Notes under the pieces: generated by a model
Databases searched by the model: none
Seen by the model: the letters and a program-made list of their open reading frames with translations, nothing else
Told to the model about the DNA's origin: nothing
In this document: piece after piece, positions 9,578 through 17,872 of the stretch
How the letters are laid out: every line of letters starts with the position of its first letter
Position numbering within the stretch: the first letter of the stretch is position 1
Translations under genes and position numbers: made by a program
Source: Massilicoli timonensis
Lineage (GTDB): Bacteria; Bacillota_I; Bacilli_A; Erysipelotrichales; Erysipelotrichaceae
Length of the DNA stretch: 32,000 bases
Direction: 5' to 3'
Assembly: GCF_900199515.1 (NCBI RefSeq)
Contig: NZ_LT963434.1
Span: 1,502,180 to 1,534,179 of the forward strand

Positions 9578-9625
9578 AGACTTGTATGAAAACATGTGAT
9601 AAGCAGGAGGAAAAGGAGGCTGGCT

Positions 9626-11296
9626 ATGTTTAAGACAGATTTGGAAATCGCGCAGGAATGCGTGATGGAACCGATCACGGAAATTGCGAAAAAAGCAGGC
9701 ATATCCGAAGAAGATCTGGAAGTGTATGGAAAGTATAAGGCAAAGGTTTCATTAGATGTCCTGAAAAAAAGAGCAGAAGAACCGGATGGGAAACTGATCT
9801 TAGTAACGGCGATCAATCCGACCAAGGCCGGAGAAGGGAAATCAACGACAACGGTCGGTTTGGCAGATGGATTCAGAAGACTGGGAAAAAAAGCAATGGT
9901 TGCTTTGCGTGAACCGTCCCTAGGACCGGTTTTCGGCTTAAAAGGCGGTGCGGCAGGCGGCGGCTATGCGCAGGTCGTGCCGATGGAGGATATCAACTTA
10001 CATTTTACCGGGGATATGCATGCGATCACGACTTGCAATAATCTGATCAGCGCTTGCTTAGACAATCATATCCATCAGGGAAATGCGTTAGATATTGATG
10101 TGAATGCGGTCGTTTGGAAACGTGTGCTGGATATGAACGATCGCAGTCTGCGCCAGATCGAGATCGGTTTAGGACCGAAGGCAAATGGCGTGGAACGCAA
10201 AGACGGATTTAATATTACGGTTGCCAGTGAAGTAATGGCGATCTTATGTCTTTCTCATTCTTTGATGGATCTAAAAGAAAGACTGGGCAATATCCTGATC
10301 GCCTATAATACGAAAAAAGAGCCGATCTATGCAAAAGATCTGGGAATTGCCGGTGCCCTTGCGATGATCATGAAAGATGCGATCAAGCCGAATTTGGTGC
10401 AGACGCTGGAACATACGCCGGTGCTGATTCACGGCGGACCGTTTGCCAATATCGCGCATGGCTGTAATTCTGTTTTAGCGACCAAGACTTGTCTGAAGCT
10501 GGCTGATTATGTGATTACGGAAGCGGGCTTCGGCGCTGATTTAGGCGCGGAAAAGTTTTTAGATATCAAATGCCGTTTAGCGGATCTGCATCCAAGCGCA
10601 GTGGTCATCGTGGCGACCATTCGGGCATTGAAGCAGCATGGCGGGGTCAGCTTTGAAGAACTGAAGGAAGAAAATGTCGATGCGATGATAGCGGGATGTG
10701 CCAATCTGGCAAAACACATTGAGACCATTCAGGCATTTGGCTTGCCATATGTAGTAGCGATCAATGAATTTGCGACGGATACGCCGGCAGAAGTGGCAGC
10801 GTTAGAAAACTGGTGCAAAGAGCATGGGCATCCGATGGCGTTGTCACAAGTTTGGGCAAAAGGCGGCGCCGGAGCGGAAATGCTTGCGCAGGAAGTGCTG
10901 CGGCTATGTGAGGAAGAAAACCACTATCATCCGATTTACGATGTGGAAGAAAGTATCGAAGATAAGATCTTTAAGATCGCTTCCACTTGTTATGGCGCAG
11001 GCAGTGTCGTTTACAGCGAGGAGGCAAAGGAACAGATTGCGATGTATCAAAAGCGCGGCTGGGATAAACTGCCGATCTGTATGGCAAAGGTTCCGACTTC
11101 TTTAAGCGATCAAGCGACGCTTTACGGTGCACCGAAAGATTTTGCGATCACGGTCCGAGAATTTCGTCCATCGCTTGGCGCGGGCTTTATCGTAGCTTTG
11201 ACCGGCAGTGTGATGACGATGCCGGGTCTTCCGAAGCATCCGGCGGCCAATAATATGGATATTGATGAAGATGGTCATATCGTAGGATTATTCTAA
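9626..11296 (+). CDS. fhs: formate--tetrahydrofolate ligase
   Basis: 556 aa starting [12 protein letters not shown]-loop-like [14 protein letters not shown] and family-typical [25 protein letters not shown] and [20 protein letters not shown] is 7 nt upstream of the ATG at 9626. The track ORF start at 9596 is rejected. Confidence 0.95.
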   Translation: MFKTDLEIAQECVMEPITEIAKKAGISEEDLEVYGKYKAKVSLDVLKKRAEEPDGKLILVTAINPTKAGEGKSTTTVGLADGFRRLGKKAMVALREPSLGPVFGLKGGAAGGGYAQVVPMEDINLHFTGDMHAITTCNNLISACLDNHIHQGNALDIDVNAVVWKRVLDMNDRSLRQIEIGLGPKANGVERKDGFNITVASEVMAILCLSHSLMDLKERLGNILIAYNTKKEPIYAKDLGIAGALAMIMKDAIKPNLVQTLEHTPVLIHGGPFANIAHGCNSVLATKTCLKLADYVITEAGFGADLGAEKFLDIKCRLADLHPSAVVIVATIRALKQHGGVSFEELKEENVDAMIAGCANLAKHIETIQAFGLPYVVAINEFATDTPAEVAALENWCKEHGHPMALSQVWAKGGAGAEMLAQEVLRLCEEENHYHPIYDVEESIEDKIFKIASTCYGAGSVVYSEEAKEQIAMYQKRGWDKLPICMAKVPTSLSDQATLYGAPKDFAITVREFRPSLGAGFIVALTGSVMTMPGLPKHPAANNMDIDEDGHIVGLF

Positions 11297-11319
11297 AAGG
11301 TGAGCGATCACCTTTTTTT
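11297..11319 (+). terminator. intrinsic terminator of fhs
   Basis: AAGGTGA-gcga-TCACCTT hairpin immediately after the TAA, followed by a T-run. Confidence 0.8.
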
Positions 11320-11354
11320 CTTTCTTTCGACAATCGGTATCACATAATTTAACA

Positions 11355-11382
11355 TACACAATCAGATAAAGTATAGTATAAT
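11355..11382 (+). promoter_or_regulatory. candidate promoter for the RDD-PHP gene
   Basis: TACACA, 16-nt spacer, TATAAT (11377-11382). Confidence 0.3.
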
Positions 11383-11430
11383 AAAATGGAACGTAAGATA
11401 AATTGAAAAAGCGTGAGAGAGGGTGAAGGC

Positions 11431-12936
11431 ATGGAAACGGTAAATGGTAAACGGTACAGTCATTTCCAGCTCTTTAAGATATTTTTTAAGCAGCGTTCAC
11501 GCAGCTATGAAAAAGAACGACACATTCGCAAAGCCGATTACAGCGACATGATCTATCGAGTGATCGCTTTATTGGCCGATACGGTGATCTTGCTTTCGCC
11601 GATGTATCTTTGGATGGTGCTGTTTCTGCTTGTATGTGGCGATCTTTTGCCGGTAGATGCTTTGAAATACGGCAATTATGTCATCTTAGGACTGATGATT
11701 TTGACCTTTGCCTTAGTGCAGCCGTATTTTGCTTCTGTCACATATGGACAGTCGCTGGGCAAATATATGTGCCGTTTTAAGGTCGTAGGCATGAATGGGG
11801 CGCAGGTTTCCACTAAAGTGCTGTTTGTACGGGAACTGCTTCGTGATCTGCCGATCTTGTTGCTGCAGATCTTTGTCGGCGCATTGCCGACGTTTATCTA
11901 TCTCGGTCTTAATTTCCTCATGATGCTGCTGGATCCCAAGCATCGGATCTTGCCCGATCTGATCACCAAAACAAGAGTGGTCGTCCTGCTGAGCGGGAAA
12001 AAGGCAAAGGTGAATGCAGTAGAAACACATGCTGCGGAAGTTATGCCAAAGCGTGGACAGATCGACTTGCAGATTTATTCCGATTTCAGCGCATATGGCG
12101 CTTTAAGCGTGGAGGAGATCTTTCAGCTGGCAAAGAAACAGGGCATGCGCTATATCTCGATTACCGATCATAACTGTGCCAAAGCCAACGTGATTGCCAG
12201 ACAAATGAGTGAATTGTATCATGTCGGTTATATCAGCGGCATTGAGATCGACTGCAACTATAAAGGGAAAGAAGTCAGTGTCTATGGATATCATATTGAT
12301 GAACGCAAGGAAGCCTTTAAGAAGATCGAAAATGATTATTTAAGCCGGGAGCAGACGGTATCGAAAAAGCGGGTCGCGCTTTTTGAAGAGATCAGCGGCA
12401 TGAAGATCCCGACACAGGAACTGTTGAAGCAGAATCGCTTTCATACGATCACACCGCAGATGATCGGCGCTTATGTGCTGAAGCAGGAAGCTTATCGGGA
12501 ATCAGCGCTTTTATACCCTTATGTATATGGAGATCATCGGCATGATCCGCTGCGTTATTTTGAAAAGGATTTTTTCTATAAAGGAAAACCGTGCTATGTG
12601 GAAAGAACATTGCCGGATCTGCGGGTCATTGTTGAAGTGCTGCACCGCTGCGGCGGCGTTGCGATCTTAGCGGAACCGCTTTGGCATGAAGAAGACTTGT
12701 CTTTCATTCGTTCCTGTCTGTCAGCGGGCTTAGATGGTATTCAGGTATTCAGCAGTATGCACACCAAAGCGCAATGTGCACAGCTTATGAAACTGGCAAA
12801 GGAAGAAAAGTGTCTGGTGTCATCCGGCAGCGGCTTTATGGGCATCCATCGAGGTGTATCGCTGGGAGAATGCGGATGTCCGCAGGAAGCAGAGAAAGTC
12901 ATGACAAAACTGATTCAATATCGGCAAGGGAACTGA
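11431..12936 (+). CDS. RDD-family membrane domain fused to a PHP (polymerase/histidinol-phosphatase-like) domain
   Basis: The N-terminal ~190 aa has three or four hydrophobic helices with RDD-like spacing. The C-terminal ~290 aa has PHP-like landmarks (ISITDHN, ISGIEID, DGIQVFSSMH). ATG at 11431 is preferred over GTG at 11413. Confidence 0.7.
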   Translation: METVNGKRYSHFQLFKIFFKQRSRSYEKERHIRKADYSDMIYRVIALLADTVILLSPMYLWMVLFLLVCGDLLPVDALKYGNYVILGLMILTFALVQPYFASVTYGQSLGKYMCRFKVVGMNGAQVSTKVLFVRELLRDLPILLLQIFVGALPTFIYLGLNFLMMLLDPKHRILPDLITKTRVVVLLSGKKAKVNAVETHAAEVMPKRGQIDLQIYSDFSAYGALSVEEIFQLAKKQGMRYISITDHNCAKANVIARQMSELYHVGYISGIEIDCNYKGKEVSVYGYHIDERKEAFKKIENDYLSREQTVSKKRVALFEEISGMKIPTQELLKQNRFHTITPQMIGAYVLKQEAYRESALLYPYVYGDHRHDPLRYFEKDFFYKGKPCYVERTLPDLRVIVEVLHRCGGVAILAEPLWHEEDLSFIRSCLSAGLDGIQVFSSMHTKAQCAQLMKLAKEEKCLVSSGSGFMGIHRGVSLGECGCPQEAEKVMTKLIQYRQGN

Positions 12937-12963
12937 TGTTTATAAAGAACATCGGTTTTTTTT
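12933..12963 (+). terminator. intrinsic terminator of the RDD-PHP gene
   Basis: CTGATGTT-tataaag-AACATCGG hairpin overlapping the stop codon, followed by T8. Confidence 0.6.
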
Positions 12964-12978
12964 GTGAAAAGCAGGCAG

Positions 12979-13004
12979 AAAAAAAGTGTACGGTTTCTGT
13001 ACAC
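12979..13004 (-). terminator. intrinsic terminator of corA (minus strand)
   Basis: On the minus strand, GTGTACAG-aaa-CCGTACAC followed by T7. It lies just downstream of the corA stop. Confidence 0.6.
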
Positions 13005-13018
13005 ATCTTTTCCAAAAT

Positions 13019-13966
13019 CTAATGGAACATATCTTTTTTCTTAAAAATATAAGTAGCGATCAGACAGGCGATGATAGCTAATGCACTTGGGAACAGCCAA
13101 TGCGCGCCCGGCAGTCCATCGACATTCATGCCATAGAAACTGAAAATAATATTCGGGATCGCCATGACGATCGTAATGACCGTCAGCACTTTCATGACGA
13201 TATTTAAGTTATTGGAAATGACAGAGGCAAACGCATCCATCGTGCCGGATAAGATATTAGAATAAATATTACACATTTCGATTGCCTGATGCACTTCGAT
13301 CAACACGTCCTCCAGCAAGTCTTGGTCATCTTCATAAAGCTTGATCAGCTTGCCTCGCATGATCTTATTCAGTGTGATCTCATCGGTCTTTAATGAGGTG
13401 GAAAAATAAACGAGTGATTTTTCTAAGCCCAGCATCTGGATCAATTCCTCATTGCGCATGGACTGATGCAGTTTTTGTTCCGTACGGGAAGATAATCGAT
13501 CGATCTGGCGCAGATAAATGAGAAAACGCTGTGAGATGCGAAGCAGGATAAACAACAAAAAGCGGGTCTTCATAGCCGTATTGATGCCTTTGATCCGTCC
13601 CTTCTCCATGTCCTCGATCGTTAGATTTTCATACAGACAGATCGTTACGATATATCCTTTCATAATGATGATGCCAAGGGGCAGTGTGGTATACTGCAGG
13701 GTTGTTTCGGTAATGGCTTCTTCGCTTTCCTCTGCGCTTGGATAATCGACGATGATCAGCGTTTGATTTGCTTCATCATCAAAATCGATATGCGAGCTTT
13801 CTTCTTCATCGAGCGATGCTTTGACAAATTCCGGCAATACGCCGACTTCCTGCATCAAATAGTTTTTTTCTTCTTCCGTGGGTGCAACGGCGCTGATCCA
13901 GCAGTCTTTTTCCAAAGCAGCCAGTTCATGGGTAACGCCGTCAATCGTTTTATAAAATTTTAACAT
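13019..13966 (-). CDS. corA: CorA-family magnesium/cobalt transporter
   Basis: 315 aa from MLKFYKTIDG. The C-terminus has two TM helices with the YGMN signature (FSFYGMNVDG). AAAGGAG is 6 nt upstream of the ATG at 13966. The longer track ORF to 14017 has no RBS. Confidence 0.9.
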   Translation of the reverse strand: MLKFYKTIDGVTHELAALEKDCWISAVAPTEEEKNYLMQEVGVLPEFVKASLDEEESSHIDFDDEANQTLIIVDYPSAEESEEAITETTLQYTTLPLGIIIMKGYIVTICLYENLTIEDMEKGRIKGINTAMKTRFLLFILLRISQRFLIYLRQIDRLSSRTEQKLHQSMRNEELIQMLGLEKSLVYFSTSLKTDEITLNKIMRGKLIKLYEDDQDLLEDVLIEVHQAIEMCNIYSNILSGTMDAFASVISNNLNIVMKVLTVITIVMAIPNIIFSFYGMNVDGLPGAHWLFPSALAIIACLIATYIFKKKDMFH

Positions 13967-14088
13967 GACAGACTCCTTTCTTACAGGAGCGATCGTTTGT
14001 ATCTCCTCCTGCAACAATATTTTATTTTCTTAATAAGCGCCTCGGGGACAGGGGACATACAAACACCTTCTTTCTATCAAACGAAACT

Positions 14089-14118
14089 ATTATAACACAG
14101 GGAAGAACCGTGCGACAA
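14089..14118 (-). promoter_or_regulatory. candidate corA promoter with extended -10
   Basis: Minus strand reads TTGTCG, 18-nt spacer, TGtTATAAT. It implies a ~115-nt leader before the corA ATG. Confidence 0.5.
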
Positions 14119-14218
14119 AGTTTATTTTCGCATTTTTTATCAAAGTGCAGCAGTGATTTCCAACTGGAATTATCAGAACGCACATGATAGAATAAATAAT
14201 AAGAAAGCAGGTGGACGC

Positions 14219-14737
14219 ATGGGGCGGTTTTTCGGCCATTTGAAGACAATTACGCTGCATAAGATCCGGGTGACGAAACTGTGTTTTCGCTGTGGCCTGT
14301 ATAAGCAGGGAATCTTGCACGATCTATCAAAATATACGCCGGTGGAGTTTCTGTCCGGTGTAAAGTATTACCAAGGTGATCGCAGTCCGATCAATCGGGA
14401 AAAAGAGGTCATTGGCTATTCGCTTGGCTGGCTGCACCATAAAGGCAGAAATAAGCATCACTGGGAATATTGGCTGGATAACGGAGATCCGATCAAAGCG
14501 ATCGAAATGCCGGTCAATTATGTCATTGAAATGTTTTGTGATCGGGTCGCGGCTTGTCAGACTTATCAGAAAGAAGCCTATCGGGATGATTCGGCGCTGC
14601 GTTACTATCTGAATGGGAAAAGTCGCTGTCTGATGCATGAAAATACCCATGCGCTGTTAGAAGAGCTGCTTACTTATTTAAGTGAACACGGCTTAGATGA
14701 AACCATTGCTTATATCCGTAAACACTATCGTAAATAA
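14219..14737 (+). CDS. conserved hypothetical protein, DUF5662-like (family assignment from memory)
   Basis: 172 aa from MGRFFGHLKT. Motifs GILHDLSKY, YYQGDRSPI and GWLHHKGRNKHHWEYW. TGaTAGAAT extended -10 at 14185-14193. Confidence 0.55.
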   Translation: MGRFFGHLKTITLHKIRVTKLCFRCGLYKQGILHDLSKYTPVEFLSGVKYYQGDRSPINREKEVIGYSLGWLHHKGRNKHHWEYWLDNGDPIKAIEMPVNYVIEMFCDRVAACQTYQKEAYRDDSALRYYLNGKSRCLMHENTHALLEELLTYLSEHGLDETIAYIRKHYRK

Positions 14738-14973
14738 AAAATACATCTTTTGCTTAGGTTTCTTTACAAAGGCATAATCATAAATCACAACAAAAACCGA
14801 GCCAACCTACACTAAAACGTCGCTTTTTTCGAGGAAAAGGCGGCGTTTTTTCATGGCCCGGTTTTGGAAAGGAGTGGTGCTGACTTTATACTAAAACGAA
14901 AGGGGGAATTTTTTTAGCTGGCCGGGCCGGGAGGTCTGGCCTTTTTTCATCTCACGAAAAAGGAGGTTAGCCA

Positions 14974-16515
14974 ATGGCAGATGAAAAAGTAAACGTGAGC
15001 CCGGAGGAAAAGAAAGCCCCGGAAGCTCCGGCCCCGTCCGGGCCGGGCGATCCGCCTGCGCCGAAGCACACCGAGGGGCCCGCTGTCCCTGGTGGAGATC
15101 AGACGGCCCCCGCTCATGTGGAGCCCGCCATGCCGGAAAAAACGGAGGGGCCCATCAAGCCAGAGCAGTCTGTTATCCCTGGTATGGGTGAGGACACTCC
15201 CGCACCGTCCAGCAAGGTGATCAACCTCTCGGACATCCAGGCCGCTGATAAGGGCGGTAAGGAGGCTTCTACTCCCACTCTGGAAAAGAAAGCGCCGGAG
15301 GCGGATAAGCCGCCGAAGCGCCGGGGCCGTCCGCCGAAGGAGCAGGCCGGGCCGACTGTGGAGAAAAAGTCGAAAGCGGCGGAGCCCCGCACAGGCCGCC
15401 CGTCTAAGGTTGACAAGGCGGCCCGTGAGGAGGCTCCGCCCTCTGTTCGGGACAAAGTGTCCAGAGGTAAGAAAGCCGACAAGGGCAAGGAAACGGGTTC
15501 CGGCGGTGCGCCTGCGTCTAAATCCGCTAAGACGGTAAAGCCGGGCAAGGCCGCTCCCGTCAAGGAGGCGGCAGTCCCGCCGCCGGAGATTAAACTGCCG
15601 CCCACGCCGGAGGTGCCGCCCCGCCCGGTGGAAGAGGGAAAAATCGTCTATTTGAAGATGTCGGAGCTCCATCCGTTCCACACGTTCCGGGAACACCCCT
15701 ACAAGGTGCAGGACGATAAGGCGATGGACGATCTGGTGGGGACGATCAAGGAACACGGCATTATGACCCCCGCCACCGTCCGCCCGGAAAAGGACGGCAA
15801 GGGCTATGAGATTATCGCGGGCCACCGCCGCCATCATGGTGGTGCGCGGGCCGGGCTGGAGGAAATGCCCTGTATCGTCCGGGAGATGACTGACCTTGAA
15901 GCTGTCCGGGAAATGCGGAACAGCAACAAACAGCGCGGCGATCCGCTCCCCAGCGAGCTGGCAAAGCTCCTGGATTTGGAGGTGGAGGCCATCAAACGCC
16001 AGGGGGCCCGCCCGAAAACGGAGAAAGAGGCCGAGGCCCTTGGTAAGCTCTCGGTGGAGATCGTTGGCAAGGATCACGACATGAACTATAAAAAGGTCAT
16101 GCGGTATATCCGGCTCAACTCCTTGGTGCCGGAGCTTCTGGACAAGGTGGACGCAAAGCAGATGGGCTTTATGCCTGCGGTGGAGATCTCGTATATCAGG
16201 CCGGAAAACCAGCGGCTGATTGCCGTTTCCATTGACGGGGAGCAGTCCTCCCCCTCGGTGGCCCAGGCGAAGCGGCTCCACGAGCTGGACAAGGAGGGCA
16301 AGCTCAACGGCGATGTGATTGACGGTATTTTGAGCGAAGAAAAAAAGGAGGATCGCGGTGTGATTATTTCGACTGCTGAACTGTCTAAGTATTTCGGCAA
16401 GGAGGTCACTCCTGCCAAAATGAAGGAGCAGATCATGGCTCTGCTGGACGAGTGGAAAGAGAAACAGCCGCCCGAACTGGCGAAGCCGGACAAGAAAAAG
16501 GACTTGGAGAAGTAA
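14974..16515 (+). CDS. ParB/Srx-like nuclease-domain protein with a long Pro/Lys/Ala-rich N-terminal extension
   Basis: 513 aa. AGGAGG is 7 nt upstream. ParB N-terminal domain motifs LHPFHTFREHPYKV and YEIIAGHRRHHG. The first ~210 aa are low complexity. Confidence 0.85.
   Translation: MADEKVNVSPEEKKAPEAPAPSGPGDPPAPKHTEGPAVPGGDQTAPAHVEPAMPEKTEGPIKPEQSVIPGMGEDTPAPSSKVINLSDIQAADKGGKEASTPTLEKKAPEADKPPKRRGRPPKEQAGPTVEKKSKAAEPRTGRPSKVDKAAREEAPPSVRDKVSRGKKADKGKETGSGGAPASKSAKTVKPGKAAPVKEAAVPPPEIKLPPTPEVPPRPVEEGKIVYLKMSELHPFHTFREHPYKVQDDKAMDDLVGTIKEHGIMTPATVRPEKDGKGYEIIAGHRRHHGGARAGLEEMPCIVREMTDLEAVREMRNSNKQRGDPLPSELAKLLDLEVEAIKRQGARPKTEKEAEALGKLSVEIVGKDHDMNYKKVMRYIRLNSLVPELLDKVDAKQMGFMPAVEISYIRPENQRLIAVSIDGEQSSPSVAQAKRLHELDKEGKLNGDVIDGILSEEKKEDRGVIISTAELSKYFGKEVTPAKMKEQIMALLDEWKEKQPPELAKPDKKKDLEK
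15447..15467. repeat. palindrome GGACA-aag-TGTCCAGAGG (copy inside the parB-like gene)
   Basis: Shares GTCCAGAGGTAAG (13 nt) with the 16540-16552 copy. The central triplet is the complement of that in the other copies. Confidence 0.6.
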
Positions 16516-16525
16516 CCCGGCCCCG

Positions 16526-16548
16526 CTTCTGGACACTTTGTCCAGAGG
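16526..16548. repeat. 23-bp element CTTCTGGACACTTTGTCCAGAGG (10-bp stem, CTT loop), copy 1
   Basis: Identical 23-mer at 17873-17895. It starts 11 nt after the parB-like stop and has no U-tract. Confidence 0.8.
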
Positions 16549-16581
16549 TAAGCGCCCCGCGCTTGGGATGGGCTCTGTGGT

Positions 16582-16724
16582 GATATATCCCCCGTCGCCG
16601 CCTATATTCCTGCACAGCCGGGAGTGGGCCGTCAAGGGTGCAACGCACCGCCGCTCGCGGCGGCTTGCCCTTGACGGTCTGCCCCGGCTGTGCTACTTCC
16701 AGCGGCGCGGCGGGGGTATATATC
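16582..16724. promoter_or_regulatory. ~145-nt nested imperfect palindrome (candidate oriT, ssDNA promoter or structured RNA)
   Basis: Concentric stems: 16648-16653/16658-16663 (6 bp), 16629-16638/16668-16677 (10 bp), 16612-16622/16683-16693 (11 bp) and ~16582-16602/~16701-16724 (bulged). An internal bubble sets TATATTCC opposite TACTTCC. Confidence 0.6.
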
Positions 16725-16810
16725 CTCCAGAGCCGCCCCCTTTCCCTGGATAGGGAAAGGGCGGGGGGATAGGGTCGAACTACCTATTATAAATATCGGA
16801 GGTGTTGAAG

Positions 16811-17152
16811 ATGAAACGATCCCTTGCTTATATTACCGCCGCATGGCGCGGCGATCCTGCGGTGGACATGGAACAGGCGGCGCATTTCTGCCGTGTGGTC
16901 TACGATGCGGGCTATTCCCCCATCTGCCCCATGCTCTATCTGCCGCTGTTCCTCAATGACGCGGTGCCGGAGGAGCACAAGAACGGCATCGACATGGGCC
17001 GTGACCTGCTCCGGCGTTCCCGTGTGCTGGTGGTGTGCGGCCATACCATCACCGAGTCCATGAAAAATGATATTGCCGTGGCCCAGCGGCTGGGGATCAC
17101 CGCTACCACCCTTGAGGGCATCCTGACCGTCAAAGGCCAGGGCCGCCGCTGA
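16811..17152 (+). CDS. DUF4406-like (nucleoside 2-deoxyribosyltransferase-like fold) protein; family assignment from memory
   Basis: 113 aa from MKRSLAYITAAWRGD. GGAGG is 8 nt upstream of the ATG at 16811. The stop lies 1 nt before the ardA ATG. Confidence 0.55.
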   Translation: MKRSLAYITAAWRGDPAVDMEQAAHFCRVVYDAGYSPICPMLYLPLFLNDAVPEEHKNGIDMGRDLLRRSRVLVVCGHTITESMKNDIAVAQRLGITATTLEGILTVKGQGRR

Positions 17153-17153
17153 T

Positions 17154-17867
17154 ATGGCGTCCCTGTTTGAAGCCTACATCACCAACCTGGGAAAATACAA
17201 CGAGGGCGAGCTGGTCGGTGAAACCTTGAAATTCCCCACTACCACGGAGGAGGTGCAGGGACTTCTGAAACGCATCGGCGTGGACGGGGTGCGGTATGAG
17301 GAATTTTTCATCACCAGCTTTGACGGTGATGTGCTGGGGCTCTATGACTATCTCACGGAATATGAAAACCTGGACGAGCTCAATCATCTGGCCTGCCTAC
17401 TCTCCGAGCTGGAGCAAAGCGACTTGGAGAAGTTTGAAGCGGTCATTGACAGCGGCGAACATACTTCCAGCGTGGCTGACCTCATCAATCTGGCGCAAAA
17501 CTTGGATTGCTACGAGTTTTATCCCGGTGTGGAGGACGATGAAACCCTGGGCCGCATTTATGTGGAGGATATGGAGGCCATTGACATTCCCGATCACCTG
17601 CTCCCTTACTTCGATTATGAAGCATACGGGCGGGACGTGCGGATCAACGAGGACGGCCACTTTGCCCCCGGCGGCTATGTGCTGAACAACGGCGGCAAAT
17701 TCATCGAGCACTACCACGGGATCGAGGACATTCCCGCCGAGCATAAGGTTTTCGCGTTCCCGCAGCTCTCGGTGCGGGAGCAGATGGCGGCCTACAAAGA
17801 AATTATTGACGGCTCCTCTCTGGAGGGCTATCGGAAGATTGCCAAAAAGGAGCACGAGGAGCGATAG
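17154..17867 (+). CDS. ardA: ArdA-family antirestriction protein
   Basis: 237 aa, highly acidic. The N-terminus AYITNLGKYNEGELVGETLKFP is typical of ArdA. Common in leading regions of Firmicutes conjugative elements. Confidence 0.85.
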   Translation: MASLFEAYITNLGKYNEGELVGETLKFPTTTEEVQGLLKRIGVDGVRYEEFFITSFDGDVLGLYDYLTEYENLDELNHLACLLSELEQSDLEKFEAVIDSGEHTSSVADLINLAQNLDCYEFYPGVEDDETLGRIYVEDMEAIDIPDHLLPYFDYEAYGRDVRINEDGHFAPGGYVLNNGGKFIEHYHGIEDIPAEHKVFAFPQLSVREQMAAYKEIIDGSSLEGYRKIAKKEHEER

Positions 17868-17872
17868 CGGCA

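Noticed and set aside
9372-9625. Riboswitch (ZTP/pfl motif) or T-box leader upstream of fhs
   Set aside because: ZTP riboswitches are known upstream of fhs in some Firmicutes. I could not find the conserved GGGTCGTGAC.../CCGCCTGGGC-type elements or T-box specifier/antiterminator features. The region looks like a plain AT-rich promoter region. A covariance-model scan would be decisive.
11413-11430. GTG start at 11413 for the RDD-PHP gene, and 9596, 14153, 22865, 25749, 29266 and 30563 as track ORF starts
   Set aside because: In each case an internal ATG with a properly spaced Shine-Dalgarno sequence gives an N-terminus consistent with the family. The longer versions add unstructured residues without an RBS.
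14947-16635. 562-aa minus-strand ORF, plus other antisense ORFs (15114-15605, 16086-16493)
   Set aside because: These are shadow ORFs antisense to the ParB-like gene in GC-rich DNA. The products are Arg/Leu/Gly-rich low complexity with no RBS, while the plus-strand gene has clear ParB motifs and an AGGAGG.
16538-17063. Short plus-strand ORFs across the palindrome and overlapping the DUF4406-like gene (16538-16753, 16690-16959, 16824-17063)
   Set aside because: They run through palindromic, GC-rich non-coding sequence or are alternate frames of the 16811-17152 gene. They lack an RBS and are Arg/Pro/Gly-rich.
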